From the NCBI GenBank assembly GCA_028534125.1, contig CM052816.1:2792001-2856000 (forward strand): a stretch of DNA of 64,000 bases. The letters are read 5' to 3'. The DNA is from Lama glama (lineage: Eukaryota). The notes beneath the pieces are model-generated. The model saw only the letters and a program-made list of their open reading frames with translations. It did no database searches and was not told the origin of the DNA. Both the position numbers and the translations under genes were made by a program. Shown piece by piece: positions 50,741 to 64,000 of this stretch; positions within the stretch are counted from its first letter, which is position 1, and the number at the start of each line of letters is the position of its first letter.

Positions 50741-52099
50741 TTTTCTTTGTAAACCTGTATAACACCTTTTTTTAAAATAACTTCACAAATCAACTCAGAA
50801 CTCTTTGACCACATGATCTAATTTTTGGTTTGGAAACCAGTCACAGTGGGCACAGATAACTAGAAGAATCAAGGTGTAAAATATAAATGACTGAACAAGG
50901 CTCTTCTCTACAAGTGGATCATTTCTGTAAGATTTTAAATCCATCCATCAATGTCTTTTTCTCCTTATAAAAATATAATGCCATAGAGTTTAAAAGCAAG
51001 TCAACAAGGAAGGGGAAGAGCTGAACACAGGTCAGGAGACCATGACTTCAGGCCAGCCCGTGTCACACTCTGTGTAAAGCCTCCTCTGTAAGACAAGAGC
51101 TTTGGAATGCATCTGAAGGTCCCTTCCAACCCTAAGTTCGCTATTTCAATGATTTAATAAGAAATAAACAGGAGCAGAGGACTCTGACATCAGAGAGTGG
51201 TTGACTTCCGCTTTTTGCTATACGGAAGGCCAAGTGCAAGATGACAGACAGGCAGCCAGACAAACACGAGATGGAGCAGCGTGGAGGTGACAAAGTCCGC
51301 GAGGCAGGCTATTCCAACCCCAGTCCCTCTGTCTCAGGGATCAGGGCCTCCACATACCTATCAAGAGAGGACCCAAATCCTTCCGCCACATGAAGCACTG
51401 TCCTTTTGACAGTAGGGGAATTCTGGCTCTAATCGAGGCCACCAGGCAAACCTCATCAATGCATGAGAGTAAGCCCTTCGCCTGCCCCAACGTCATCGTT
51501 CCCGGAAATAACACTAGCAGCAAAATGCCTTCAAATGAAGTGCAGCCATGATGCAGCCCCTGAAAGTATACCAGATAAATGCTTCTCCTGATGCAGTCCT
51601 CAACCATGGACCTGCAGCAACCATCATCAGTTCACCGAAGACATACACAAGGCCACAGAACCCTTCTAAGTACCAATCAATCATATTTAAAACCTATTTA
51701 TCATCAACAATATAACTTCAAGTTGGATATAAAATTAGATACATATATATCATGAAGTCAACCATATTTTTAAAAATATGCTAAAACACTAACATTTTAA
51801 AATTTTACTTTATTATATTTTCCAAATTTTCTGCAATGAGCTTATATTACCTTCATACTCAGAAAAGAAATTATTTTAATTATTTTAATAAATTATTATT
51901 ATTATTGTTTTAAATTATTATTATAAATTATTATCTTAATAAAAACAACAACAAAAATCCCCTCGATTGCTCTTTAACACTGTTAAAGGAAGACCACCAA
52001 GCTTGTCTGCTCATTTGTGAGACTAATTTGAATGAATGAACTGAACGCTGTCTTGAATTTGGTCCTTTGAAATATCACTTCCATGACAATTTAAATGAA

Positions 52100-52460
52100 A
52101 AGGCAGAGTGATATGGTCAGAAAAATTGAAAATCAGAAGGCCTAAATTCTAATCCTATTCTGCCCCCTAACCAGCTTGCGACTGTGAGCAAGTCACAGCT
52201 TCTCTGGGCCTGAGAGTATGGGACTAGAATCAAATTGTCCACGTCCAAATTCTGCCTCTCTGCTTTCTAGCTGTGTGACCTCAGGCCAGTGACTTAACCT
52301 CTCTGAACCTCAGTTATCAATCGGGAAACAGAATAATAGTTTTCCCCGCCTCCCTGGACTGCTGTGAAGATGAAATGAGATAATCTGCACAGGGCTTTAT
52401 CCTCAAGCCCAGCACTCTGAAAGTGCTCAGACAGCATTAGCTGTAATCAGTATTACTACT
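52100..52460 (+). mobile_element. Two tandem MIR fragments
   Basis: 'gagcaagtcacagcttctctgggcct' and 'ctagctgtgtgacctcaggccagtgacttaacctctctgaacctcagtt'. Confidence 0.8.
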
Positions 52461-53586
52461 TTTCCTGCCCCAAAGCAGAAAAAAAGCTACCATGTTCTGG
52501 AGAGGGGCATTCCACAAGGGCAACTGTGTGTCTACCTCTCAGTGCTTTCCCAGAGGCCTAGCCAGTTCTTCCCCACAGAGGCCCAAACTCTCTATGGACA
52601 ACCAAGTTCTGCCTTCCCTTGCCATTCATGTATTTCCCACTCTCCTCCCCAAACAGCCTTTAAGATCTGCAGTCACCCTGGGGGCCAGGAAGGAGTAAAG
52701 GAAAGCATGTGTCGCCTGCAGACATCCACAGAACATCAAGATGACCTCCTCTACCTTTAAAAGAAACGGTTTGCATGTGTGGTCCGAGACAAAGGGAGCA
52801 CTGTTGACTTATTTGTCAGAGACTATCTCGGATCCCCTGAGTTTGTTTGATGAATTGTTTGGGGTAGATAAAATAGCCCTGTTCCCACTCTCCCTGATTC
52901 TGCCACTGAGAACAGATTAACAAAAAATGTGCTCTTCACATCAGAAAATGCAGCCCTACAAAAACAGTTCTTGAGGGAGAACATTTATTTTTTGTCTCTG
53001 CTGATAATTTTCCCACGCTTTGTGGACAGCCCAGCCTGGCCTGAGCTCGGGGTCACCTTCTCTCATCTGGAAGCATCAGGAGGACCCAGGGTTGAAGACT
53101 CTGCACATGAATTGCAGCTAATGCTGGAACAGAAGAAAGATGGACCCAGGAAACCTGTAGGGAGTGCAGAAAACTGACTCCCACCTGCTTCAGCCTGTGA
53201 GCCTGCAATAGGAGAGGAGGGACGAGAGAGACCTTCGGCTTCAGGAAAGCAGAGCCCAGAGGAAGCACAAATAACAGTGGCAGAAGGCTATTCAGCCAAG
53301 GGGTTCAACTCATGGACTCTGGAGTCCCACAGACCGTGGTTCTCATCCTGTCACTGACCCTCACTCAGGCAGGTAACCTTGCCGAAACTCAGCCACACAG
53401 GAGAGAGGAAGACCGATCTCGTAAGAGTTGTTGTGGGACCTAAAGGAACTGATGGCAATCAAGCACCTGGAGGGCGAAGACGGTGGTTTTATTAATAACA
53501 TGTACATCCTTGAGCAGGGTTTCTTCTCTAGAGTAGGAGACATTTCACCCCAACAGCAGCCCCATAAATAAAGCCCTGTTTTCTTT

Positions 53587-53655
53587 TTTATTTCTTTTTT
53601 CTTTTTAAATTGTATTATTTAATTATTTTATTTTGGCACTGGGGGAGGATTAGGT

Positions 53656-53704
<49 letters not shown>

Positions 53705-53780
53705 GAGGAGACACTGGGAGTTGAACCCAGGACCTCGTGCATGCTAAGCATGCTCTCTACCACTTGAGCTATACCCTTCC
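53587..53780 (-). mobile_element. Camelid tRNA-derived SINE (Vic-1-like) with (AAAT)n
   Basis: Minus strand 'ggaagggtatagctcaagtggtagagagcatgcttagcatgcacgaggtcctgggttcaactccca'. 13-bp TSD CCCTGTTTTCTTT at 53574-53586 and 53781-53793. Confidence 0.92.
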
Positions 53781-53894
53781 CCCTGTTTTCTTTACACAGG
53801 ATTTAAAGAGCGTCACGGGGATCTGATGCAACCCTTCCACATGGTCTGTACTCTGTAAATGTAGTTGACAAAACATTGAATTATAAAGGCTTTT

Positions 53895-54080
53895 GGTTAT
53901 TGAGCAGTACTATGGACCAGGCACCATTCTAGGTGCTTTTCAAGCACCTTCTTATTTGATCCTTAGATAAACTGATATAATAATAAATAGTATTATTATT
54001 ATCCTCATTTTATAGAAAACTGGGTCTTAGAAATTTGCCCACAGTCACTCAGACAGTAGATGGCAAAGCCAGAATTTACC
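53895..54080 (-). mobile_element. MIR
   Basis: 'tattgagcagtactatggaccaggcaccattctaggtgcttt...attatcctcattttataga'. Confidence 0.75.
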
Positions 54081-54889
54081 TATGCATATACATGAGCCAT
54101 TTCATGCATCTTACTGGTCAGAGTCACTGAAGACCAGTTCTTTTCTGTGGAGAGATGTTGGGATGACCTGTTATCACATTACGTTAGCCCATCCTCCACG
54201 GCCAAATTCACATCCCACATTTGTGCCATGCCTTCTGTTGGACCCAACTGACAGTGACTCTAAGTCATACTGAAAGATTTCTCCAACCAAGCCCTAAAAA
54301 CCCTCTATTTTATATAATCATTCAGTGGTATGCTGCAAGGACCCTGAGAGATCATCACTCAGTGCCTTCCTTTTCCAAATGATAAAACAAGACTCAGAGA
54401 GGTGAGGTGACTACAACAAAGACACACAGCCAGCTCCCGGCCTAGCCAAGTCTAAGGAACTCCAGCTCTCCAAATTCATTCCTACCATTTTGTGCTTAGT
54501 CACTTCTAACGTCATAGTCTTCCTTGTAAATGGAATGTGGGCTTTCACTAGGGTTAACGGTACCAGTTGGTCGTCCACCTTCCATCCCTCATTCCCAATG
54601 TATGTGCCCATGTGACAACAGGGGAGCCTTCACCACAACTCTGACAAGCTGACACCAGCCACCCATGAGAAAGCCTACTTTCCAGCATCACATAGCTGTC
54701 CTAAGTACAGGCCATCCCTCTCTACCTTCCACTCTGTTTTTGTAGCCCATCCTTGCGCTCTTGTGACCCTGTTGGAACCATGCTTAACAGTCATTCTAAA
54801 GCATAAGTCCACTGTAGATGTCTCTTCTCTGATCTATAGACTTTTGCCACTCGGTTCTGTGATACACGGTCATGAAGAGGATGAGTGTC

Positions 54890-55160
54890 CATTTCTTCAT
54901 TTAGTAACTCAACAAATATTTACTGAGTGCCTACCATGCAACAGGCACTGGGCTGTGTGCTGGAGTATAGTGAATCTACAGCCCAGAAGAAGACACAAAT
55001 ATTAAACAGGAAAACACACCAACAAATAAAACGATGGTGAAAATGCAATGAAGGAAACCAAGCAGGGTGCTATGGAGAGAATAATAGGGGAGGCTCGCCT
55101 GGTATTAAGTATTCAGGACGAGGTTTCTCTGGGGAAGAAATCTCTCAGCAGGTGTCTGAA
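54890..55160 (-). mobile_element. L2 3' fragment
   Basis: 'tcaacaaatatttactgagtgcctaccatgcaacaggcactgggct'. Confidence 0.75.
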
Positions 55161-55249
55161 AAATGCTCGAGTTTTCCATAAGAAAACACAGAGACTTCTC
55201 ATAATTCTGTCCCTGGTCTCCATCCCAGGTTTTCAGCTTGTCCCAAATC

Positions 55250-55950
55250 AAGTTTAATATTTTTACTTATAAAAATAAGATACACTCATTGTACAACATT
55301 TAGAAACTTAAGAAAAGATAGAAGAAAAATTAAATTGCCCACACTCTCATTATGGCTAACTGGTATGTGTGTGTGTGTGTGTGTGTGTGTATAATTACAA
55401 AAAGGAAACTTTTATTATTGAAAAAAATGTATGGACAGAGCAAAAAATGCAAGGCATAAAAACTAGTATAATAAAAATTAAGTTACTTTTTTCCACTCTA
55501 GCCACTGCTACCCCCAGATTTATTCCCCAGTTTTTTGTGTGGACTTCAAGAATTGTATATATTGTTTTACATAAAATGCTATCATTCTATAGGCCCTATT
55601 CTGCTCTTTCCTTTATGATTTAACAATAAATCCTGAAGAAGCAAGTGTAGATCATCTTTATTTTTTTAATGACTATTAATGCCTATTTTTACATAGTTGA
55701 GACCACATTGTATAATAATCTTGCATCCTGCTTTTTCACTTAATATGACATCATTAAAAATTCTTACTTCATTTAAGACGACTTGCAAAAATTAAGAAAA
55801 CAATTTTAATGACTGCAAAACATTCCACTATATGAGTAAACCATAAATCACAGAAACATTACCTAGTTATGAATATATGGAATAGCTTAGAAAATTTTAT
55901 TAATGGCTTCAATGAACCTTCTACATTAAAGCCTTTGCTGTTTTTCTATG
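55250..55950 (-). mobile_element. Old L1 (L1ME-like) fragments with (TG)n at about 55366-55390
   Basis: 'tacactcattgtacaacatttagaaa', 'ttgcatcctgctttttcacttaatat' and 'ttttaatgactgcaaaacattcca'. Confidence 0.6.
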
Positions 55951-56539
55951 TACAGAATCTTGAATTCATTTCTGTAACAATTTATTGAGATCTCTTATGA
56001 ACACAGCCTTGTTGTCTAGTCTACTGCAATACCAAAGAGACAGGATGTGCGTATCATTATCTATAAGAAGAAGAAGCATATGCACTGTGCTCCACACAAA
56101 TGCTCTCGGGATGTTCCCATCTCCAGGTGCAAGGAGCCAGACTAATGCTTGTTCTTGCTATTTTTGCTGCCTGACTGGTTCCTCCTATTACTAACCTTTG
56201 CTCACCAGTACAGTGACAAGACAGAGTCAAGGGCTCAGAGAATGCAGCAAAGAAAGGAAGCCTCCCAGCCAGGTTCTAGGATCTGACTCTAGGATTGGGT
56301 CTCCTTCTGTTTGAGGAAAAATGTGTCCTCCAAGTGACTTAAGGTAGAAGGCTAAAACCCATCCTGGTAACAAAGTGTCCCTTTATCTGGCCTTGTTGTG
56401 GGCACACATCTTTGGGGACCTCGCTGGGACTAGGGGAGAGTAGCTGAGATAAGACAGAATTTGGACGCCTACCTAATTTTTTAATACCTCCACTCAATAG
56501 TTCTCCACCCACATGTACATAATTACTAGCTCTGTATAT

Positions 56540-56755
56540 ATGAATGTAGATTCTGGAGCCAGAGGGTCACTCACCACCTCCTAGACAAATTGTTTAACCT
56601 CTCTGTGAGTCCAATTTCATCATCATTAAAATGATGATGATAATAAAACCTACCACATAGGACTAATGTGAGAATTTCATGAGTTAATTTCATGTAAGTA
56701 ATTTGGAACTATGCCTGGCACATTAGAAGTACCCAATAAATGTTTATTGTTATAA
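56540..56755 (+). mobile_element. MIR
   Basis: 'ttctggagccaga...tttaacctctctgtg...tgcctggcacattagaagtacccaataaatgtt'. Confidence 0.8.
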
Positions 56756-57939
56756 TTCATAATAGGTGAAAAAAGAAGGTGAGCACTAAAGTTTTTAGAA
56801 ATTCATTAAATTCCCACAGCATGATAGAAAAGGCCCAAAAGGAATCAAATATTTCACAAAATTAACTGTAAATATTCAACACTTCTCAATATATTATTTG
56901 AGCATGGGACCAGAGGACCATGGTTAGAATAAAGTAGTAAAACATTGCTTAATGTGTTGAAATATTAAGACCAAGGACTAGACCAAGCCATACAGACCTC
57001 CCTTCACCTATCACATGAGCTCACGATAGAGGAGATACTACTTATTTCAAACATCCAATCATTTCAATTATCCAATACTATGTCTAACTCTTCTAGGAAG
57101 GCGTTAAGGTGTAAATTTCTCTGAAAGGCATTCCAGGCAAAGGGAATCATGTTAGCCAAGCATGAAATCATAGACACATACTGTGGTCTCAAAGGATGAC
57201 AAATGGCTCATTGGAGATGATACTGGAGCCTTTCACGCGGTTGAAGCCAGAACGTATCAGAAGAAGATGATCCCAGAAAGACTGAAATTGGATCAAAATA
57301 TGCGGACCACAGACCACTTAGACCTCTAAGACCACAAAAAAGTGATTGCATTTATTCAACAAATGTATGAAAAGGGGTAACTCTTCATATTTCTATTCTA
57401 AAATAACATCATCTGTGGCCACGTGGAGACTGTACCAAATGGCCAGAAAATTAGAGGCAAAAGGCTGCCTTAAGGTTGTTATTAAGAATCTAGGTGAAAG
57501 ATTATGAGAATGTAATGTAGGGTGATGGGAAGAACAAGAGGAAGAGAGGAAGGCACCAAGAGACATTTCAGAGATAGCAGCAATAGGTCTTAGTGAGTTT
57601 AACACCATAGGCAAAAGAGAAAGAGAAGAGCTAAAGTTGTTCCAAAGCATCACGTGAGAAAGACAAGAGATTAGAGCACAGCACAGTGAGGGGCTGGTGG
57701 TTAGGAAATGTACATTGCAATGGGAGTGTTCAGAAGGACATGTTCTAGTCGTGTTGAGCCACAGAGGAATCTCAGGGTATCTGAGTCATTGGGTTCCCCA
57801 GGGCTCAGGATACACATAAAATAGAGAGAAAATTGTTGAAACCAGAGACGGGGGATGTGCCAAAGAGAGTCTTTTATCTATTTGACTATTGTGCCAAGTG
57901 TTGTTCCTGCCAATAAGAATTTCCCTTCATTGCCTTCCA

Positions 57940-58170
57940 ATGTTGTGACATTCTCCCGAACCCTGCATATCGCCTCTCTCCGCCTCTCACCAAGAACAAC
58001 ATGCCTGTTCTTTCTCTGTACCCTCATGGTACCTAGCATCTATGATCGCATGATGTTATAATTATCTGTTCCTCTGTCTATTTTCCCCTAGATAATGAGC
58101 TTCTTATTGGCAAGGAATGTGCCTTTTTTATCTCCATAGCATCATTGCCTAGAACAATGTCTAGCACACA
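57940..58170 (+). mobile_element. L2 3' fragment
   Basis: 'tctgtctattttcccctagataatgagcttctt..ggcaaggaatgtgcc...tgcctagaacaatgtctagcacaca'. Confidence 0.7.
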
Positions 58171-58816
58171 CGCTGAAATCAGAATTCTTTGATGCAGGAT
58201 CCCTGTGTTGCCTAATACACAAAGACAGTCATGTGCAGTTGCATTAGCCCTTTACAGACAATTGCAATGTTAACGTCCCTTGACCTGTTGAAATTGATAG
58301 GAGACGTGTAGTCTGGCAAATTTTAATCAAGATAGTCAGAGGTTGTCTGCCGCACTCTAAATGCACTATAGACCCATCTGCCTTTTCTCATATTCCTGCC
58401 ACAACCATTTTGTTCTATTTCTGGCATCGCACAATTAAAAAAAATTTTTAAATCTCTACCCTACCAGCAGCCAGAAAAACAGCAACAAAGAAAGTGGAGA
58501 CCAAACTCAAAAAGAAAAGCTGATGACAAGTAATATATTTTTCTATTTTAATTATTTTATTTATAAACCTGTTTGAGATCTGAATGGATTGTAAAGAGTA
58601 TGCCAGGATTTCAAGATTTAATTTGGGTTGTACAAGCAGTGAAAGCAAATGAGGCATTCATCTCAAAGTAATTTCTCAACTGGTATTATCGTCCCCGGTG
58701 CGTTGACAAGGAAACCAAGACACAGAATAGAGAAGCAAATAGTCCAAAGTCACATACATGCAGACTCTGGGGAGGATAGGAAATGGAACAGAAGTCCTGA
58801 TTCTGAGCACAGAGCC

Positions 58817-58976
58817 AGTGGCTCTTAACCTTTAGTGGACAGGAAAACCACCTGGCACTCTTGTTTGAACGCAGATTCCTAGGCCCCGGCTTGGATCTGG
58901 CAAATCAGACTCAGGAAGCTGCACTTTTCCCAGCCTCCAGGTGACTCTTACGAACACCTAAATTTGAGTGCGCTGA
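58817..58976. mobile_element. MER5-like hAT-Charlie MITE
   Basis: Begins 'cagtggctcttaacctt', contains 'gcagattcctaggcccc...aatcagactc...ctgcactttt...ctccaggtgactctta' and ends 'aaatttgagtgcgctg'. Confidence 0.75.
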
Positions 58977-60534
58977 GCCAGTGCTCATGGGTCAGAAGCC
59001 ACACCGCAAGACACACTGTGCCAGATTCTTTAAATGGTTCTGCTCTATTTGGCTTAATCAGAATGCCACTTTGTGAAGAGTCTAAAGGAAGGCAGCCAGC
59101 AGGGGTTATGAGAGGCTCCTCCCAGTAAGCCTTCGAGCTCCTCACCATGCTCCACCTTAACCAAGCCAGGCCAGGCAAGCAGGAACCAGCCCCAAACACG
59201 CCCATCCCCGCTCCCCAACACCACTGTACCAACATGAGAACTTCCCCTTCCGTCCTGCTTCTCAAGGGCTGCTGTGATGGGGCGGCTCCCCATTCCCAAT
59301 CCTTCCTGCAAGGTTTCTTTTTCCTTCTGTACAATTAATTAGCTAATAATTTTTGCTTCTGATCCATTCCTCATTAAAAAGCTGAATCCCTGAGTTGGGG
59401 CTGTCGGAACAAAGGTGGGGGAATTTATGTCTTAATTTTGGTTCATTATGGCAGGAAGCCCCTTGCTCCCATCAGCCTCCCTCCTCAGCCCCTCCCCTCC
59501 GAGTTCTGATGGCTCTGTGACCCGAAATGCCTCTCTCGTGGCAGCCACCACGGAGGCACTGTCTCTGCCCTTTATCTTCTGCCGCCTCATTAAGAGAAAT
59601 GAACCTGAGTCTGAGAAAGACGACACAGGGGAAATAAAAATGTAATCCCCTGGTGCCACCTATAATGAATTGTTATGAAAACCATGAAAATATCTGTCTG
59701 CGGATATTGTTCTTTGATTTGAAGTCAGTGTTGTAAGCGGTAATTTTTGTCATTAAAGCTGTTAATCTGCTCAGCACTCCTCATAAGTTTTTATGAAGAA
59801 AAACAGCCCTGCTGCCTCCCTGCTCATTGCAGGGTACTTTGGAGGCCAACACACATGCAGAGCACCGCGGAATAATTAGCTTTAATTATGGCTGATACCG
59901 CTGTCTGTTGAAAGTAGAGGGACTTCACGCTGCGAGGGCTAGAGATGGGGCCTGCTCAGCCTTTGCAAGGCCAGGGGAGAGGAGCCTACAGTTTTGAGCC
60001 TGGGCTCCCAACCACTGTCAACTAGACACCATGCACCACATCCCAGCCAGGGAAGATGCACTCTGGCCCCCACGTGCTCATACCCAGTCATACACATGCA
60101 CACTCATAAGTGTGCACACACACACACACCTCACAACATACACACACACACCCCTTCATCTCCCTTATCCCTCAATCATCTTACCCAAGTTCAACCACCA
60201 CAAACACTCATTCTGTCCATGATCCACATACACTAATCACAGCGTATGTATACTGAGTTCTAAGACAGGCACTATAAAACACACCAGCTCTAAGAGGCAG
60301 CTGGATCAATCAGCCCTATTATGTGAAAAGCCTAGTAATCAGTTCTGGGGGAGAAAAGTGTTCCTGACTTCAGAGAACTCATTAGATGGCCAGAAATAAG
60401 CACTTAGACTGATAACAACCGGCAATTCTACAGCAGCTATTAATGCACTGAGCGCTGACTACATGTCAAGCGCAGGGCGAGGCACTGTGGAAACTTCCCA
60501 GACAAATAAGACATGGCTTGTACCTCAGGAAGCT

Positions 60535-60943
60535 TGTGGTTGACACAGGTTGCCTTTCAAGAAGTAGTCTGTCCACCAGCTGGGGGTGCTGTCTGCAGAG
60601 AGCCTTTAGCTGTCTGCTGCTCCAGGGATTACATCCACTGCAGTAAGCTGCACCACCCAAGCTCGCTCCTGCCCGGGGAGGCCGCATCTGATGACTGATG
60701 ACTATATGGGTATAAACGCCTGGCCTCTTTGATCAATGCCAGACAACACTGACCTGCCAAGCTCCCCGCGTGAGTGGAAGTTCTAGGAAGATCTACATCT
60801 CAGGTCAGTTTCTCCCTCTGCCCACTCCTTCATTCCTCTCCCTTTCACAGATGCTGGTCCAAAGGGCACTCACTCCCTAATAAACATCCCACCCCACTTA
60901 ACTCCATCTCAGTGTACTCTGCCTAGAGAATGCAAACACGACA
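60535..60943 (+). mobile_element. ERVL solo LTR (LTR16-like) inserted in an L2
   Basis: TG...CA termini and 5-bp TSD AAGCT (60530-60534) / GAGCT (60944-60948). Contains 'gggtataaa' TATA and 'ccctaataaacatcc...ctccatctcag' polyA region. Confidence 0.8.
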
Positions 60944-61479
60944 GAGCTGAATTCAACACTATGGGTGCTACCTACCGAGGAAGAGTATCAGAGGGTCAAT
61001 GTTAAAGGGAATCTTCGGAAAGAGAGAGGAACGAGCAGCAAGGGAAGGATTTCTGGAGAAGGTGACATTTAAACTGGGTCTGGAATGACTGTTAGCATCA
61101 CATAGCCGAGGAAGCACAGAGCTTTTTAGAGAAAAACAACTCGGCTGGGAAGTACAAAGTGTGTTCTTACCTCAGGGAAATGGTGAGATGTAAAAGTGAA
61201 ACCAGACTGTGGATGGAGTTTGAACTGAAATGTTTTTAAAAAGAGTTTCGTTTCATCTGTTAGACCAATTGATCTCAACGTTTGGCACCGCCGATTAATC
61301 ACAAGGGGTATGTAACTCAAAAGTACATCCAGCATGGTTACAATTATAGTCATGGGAGGACATCATAAATTGAGAAATATTAAAAGAGAGAGAGAGTAAG
61401 GTATGGTCATATTCCAAAAGGCTGGCAACCAGTGCTATAGCAAAGATATTATTAGTGTTCTCTCACTGTGGTCCTACAG

Positions 61480-61750
61480 GCCATCCATCCAACCATCCAT
61501 CAATCCAGTACTTACTGGGTACACAATATGTGCAAGTCACATTCCAAAGAAATGCCCTCATGACATTTACTTTCTAGCTCTGAAGACAGACATTAAACCA
61601 AGTAATGAACAAAAATACAGAAATGATTTAATTTCAGTTGTGATAGTGATGTGAATACAGTGTGTGATATGAACAGATCAGAAGACTCAAACTGACCCAG
61701 ACTGGGGCAGGTCAGCAGTCAAAAAAGTTTTCCTTGAAAAATTAAAATTT
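61480..61750 (-). mobile_element. L2 fragment
   Basis: 'catccatccaaccatccatcaatccagtacttactggg...tgccctcatgacatttactttctag'. Confidence 0.6.
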
Positions 61751-62729
61751 TAAACTGTGAGACCATTTTTGTACTCAGTACTTAGCTGGGTCCTCAGAGT
61801 GCAGAAGTGAACTAGATCTGCCCCCTACTGAAAACACAGGGGGGCAAGAAATGCAAAACTGTAGAACTGAAGACAAATGTTGCCCATTTCACAACTTCTC
61901 CAGTGGAAGGCACCTACGTGGAAAAGGAAAAAGCAGCTAATGCCATTGGCTTTGTCATAATGACAGAGGGGACTGTGGATGGATTGCACATATGTGCTTT
62001 TCCCTCCTCAGAGCATACGGCCTGGGAAGTGATGGCTTGAGCTTAATTCCTAGTATCAGGTCAACCAAGATTCATACTCTGCTTAGGTTCTGGGGTGATG
62101 CTGGGCTGAGGGATCACCAGGGTGCTGCAACATTAGAAGCAGGAGCTAAACCACTGCTGCCACTTCTGGAGTCTGGCCACTCCTACCCCATTCCAAGCCC
62201 CCAAGCATTATGCCTCTTGTTACCAGGGACTGTGCATAGATGAAGCCTTTGTCCCCAGCAGATTGAATTTAGAGACATTTGAAGTTCTCCCTTTGTTCCA
62301 TTTCAACAGTATTCAAAAATATATGGCTTTGGTGTTGCTTTGAACTAATTCCCTAGGGAGTTTTAAAAAGAGAAAAAAGGCCTTCTCTTTGACTCATCAC
62401 TCAATTAAAAAAGAACATTTGGGTTTAGTTTGAGAGTTCAAAAAATTAGTATTCATTTTTTTCAGTGATTCATTTAATCAGTTCAAGTTCCTGTAGTTGG
62501 CCTAACCCAGAAGAATCTATATAGTGAGGCACTGTGGCTGCTTATGATTCATCTAAAATTTCCAACTACTTCTTCCTAGGCCTGGGTTTATGGCCCAGGC
62601 GGGGAATGGGAAGATGGCTCCAGTCTGAATAAATGAGAACAGTGACTTCTACTAAATAGAACAAGCAAGCCACACTATGAACTTTTAACTAAACTAGGAA
62701 TCAAAGAGATTTCCTTAGTATTATGTTTA

Positions 62730-63210
62730 AAGTATATATCAGACACGAACAGCAAACATGCATAATGGTGAAACACTAAGAACACCTCTATTACAATTAG
62801 AAATAAGCAAAAATGCTACTATTGAGAATTGTTCTGGAGGTCCTAGCCAATGCACTAGGGCAAGAAAATGAAATATTGAATAAACATTAGAAAGGAAAAG
62901 ACAAAACTATTATTATTTGGAATCATAATTACTTTCCTAGAAAATCCAAGGGAATTAACTGAAAAACTAAACTAGTAAGGGAGTACAAAGTGGGGTAAGA
63001 TGCAAGACAAATAAACAAAAATTAATAGTTTTTACATATGCCAGCTAAAATTCATTAGAAAATTTCATATTGAGGAAAGATCCCATTTACATAGAAATAA
63101 AAATGTGAAATTTCTAACAATAACTTTACAAAAAAGATCAAAATCTATATTTTTAAAAATCTTTTAAATGAACCAAGGCATGACTGAAAAGCATCAAATA
63201 ATCTGAAGCT
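62730..63210 (+). mobile_element. L1 ORF2 (RT region) degenerate remnant
   Basis: 'aatggtgaaacacta...attgttctggaggtcctagccaatgca.tagggcaagaaaa...tagaaaatccaa.ggaattaac'. Frameshifted, no long ORF. Confidence 0.8.
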
Positions 63211-63769
63211 TAAACACACAATGCCCTAAAGGGATTGTGGATCTGAACTCCCCTGTCATTAATTTTTATTCCTGGTGTATTCTCCACCCCAAAATAATGA
63301 TTTTGCTTCAGTAACAACCAGCTCTTTCTAGCCTTGGGTCATGGAGAACAACAGAATACAGTTTTACCTTTTTATCTGCTGAAAGCCAATCCAAGGACAT
63401 GGCTCTGAGGTTACTGTAGCTCTGACCAACAACCCAGTGACCTAACTATTCAAAAACACTTGTACTAATCTGAGAAGCTTGAAGACAAATGCCACAGAAT
63501 GAAAATTAATGAATGAAACTTTACATATAATGCTAACACATGAAGTATTTGTTAAATGAATATTGCTTATTACAATGTGTCCAAAACGGTCATGTCTCGA
63601 TTATAACAATAAAACGACCTAATTTTCCATGGCACCTTGACATGCAATGTCGGGCTTCATCCTCACAAATACTCTATAAAGGGAGTAGTACAGTGTGATT
63701 TTTAAATACTAGAAAGTATGAAGCACAGACTCTGCTCCATGGCATACACAATGTGCTAAAACTTTTACA

Positions 63770-63945
63770 TACAAAAACCTGTTCCATGATGTCTCATGAC
63801 ATCTCTCTGAGATCGGCATTATTGTTACGATGCTTATTTTATGCATAAGGAAACTGAGGTTCAGGCTGGTTGAAAATCTAATGACAGAGCTAAGTCTGAC
63901 TTGAGAAGCTTCACTCTTAATTTTTATACTATGCTTCCTCTGATG
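63770..63945 (-). mobile_element. MIR
   Basis: 'cttattttatgcataaggaaactgaggttcag'. Confidence 0.7.
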
Positions 63946-64000
63946 GCAACGGTATTATAATGACTCTTACCACAAATTACCTATTGCATTAGTCTGATCA

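Noticed and set aside
51341..51607. Possible minus-strand exon or ORF with AG|GTATGT donor at about 51358
   Set aside because: The acceptor pyrimidine tract is weak and the peptide is unrecognisable.

Overview
Mammalian non-coding DNA (intronic or intergenic), almost certainly from a camelid. It carries two tRNA-derived SINEs of the camelid Vic-1 type and four short L1 3'-UTR insertions of the camelid/cetartiodactyl type. I recognise no protein-coding gene, tRNA, rRNA or CRISPR array. None of the listed ORFs resembles a protein I know, and the longest ones are artefacts of N-runs. Much of the window is old eutherian repeats: MIR, L2, L3/CR1, HAL1, L1M, MaLR/ERVL/ERV1 solo LTRs and hAT MITEs. 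Between them are repeat-free blocks rich in homeodomain motifs that look like conserved developmental enhancers. Two gaps of exactly 500 N split the window into three contigs. The most unusual observation is a 117-bp copy of apparently unique sequence (26995-27111) inserted 2.9 kb away (24116-24232), with 14 bp of filler, into the middle of a MIR. This fits a templated double-strand-break-repair insertion. Also present are a perfect 70-bp tandem duplication, a strong CTCF motif and an overlapping CLEAR/E-box plus ARE motif. I found no evidence of a novel multi-gene system. Repeat subfamily names come from my memory of consensus sequences, and boundaries are approximate unless a TSD is cited.
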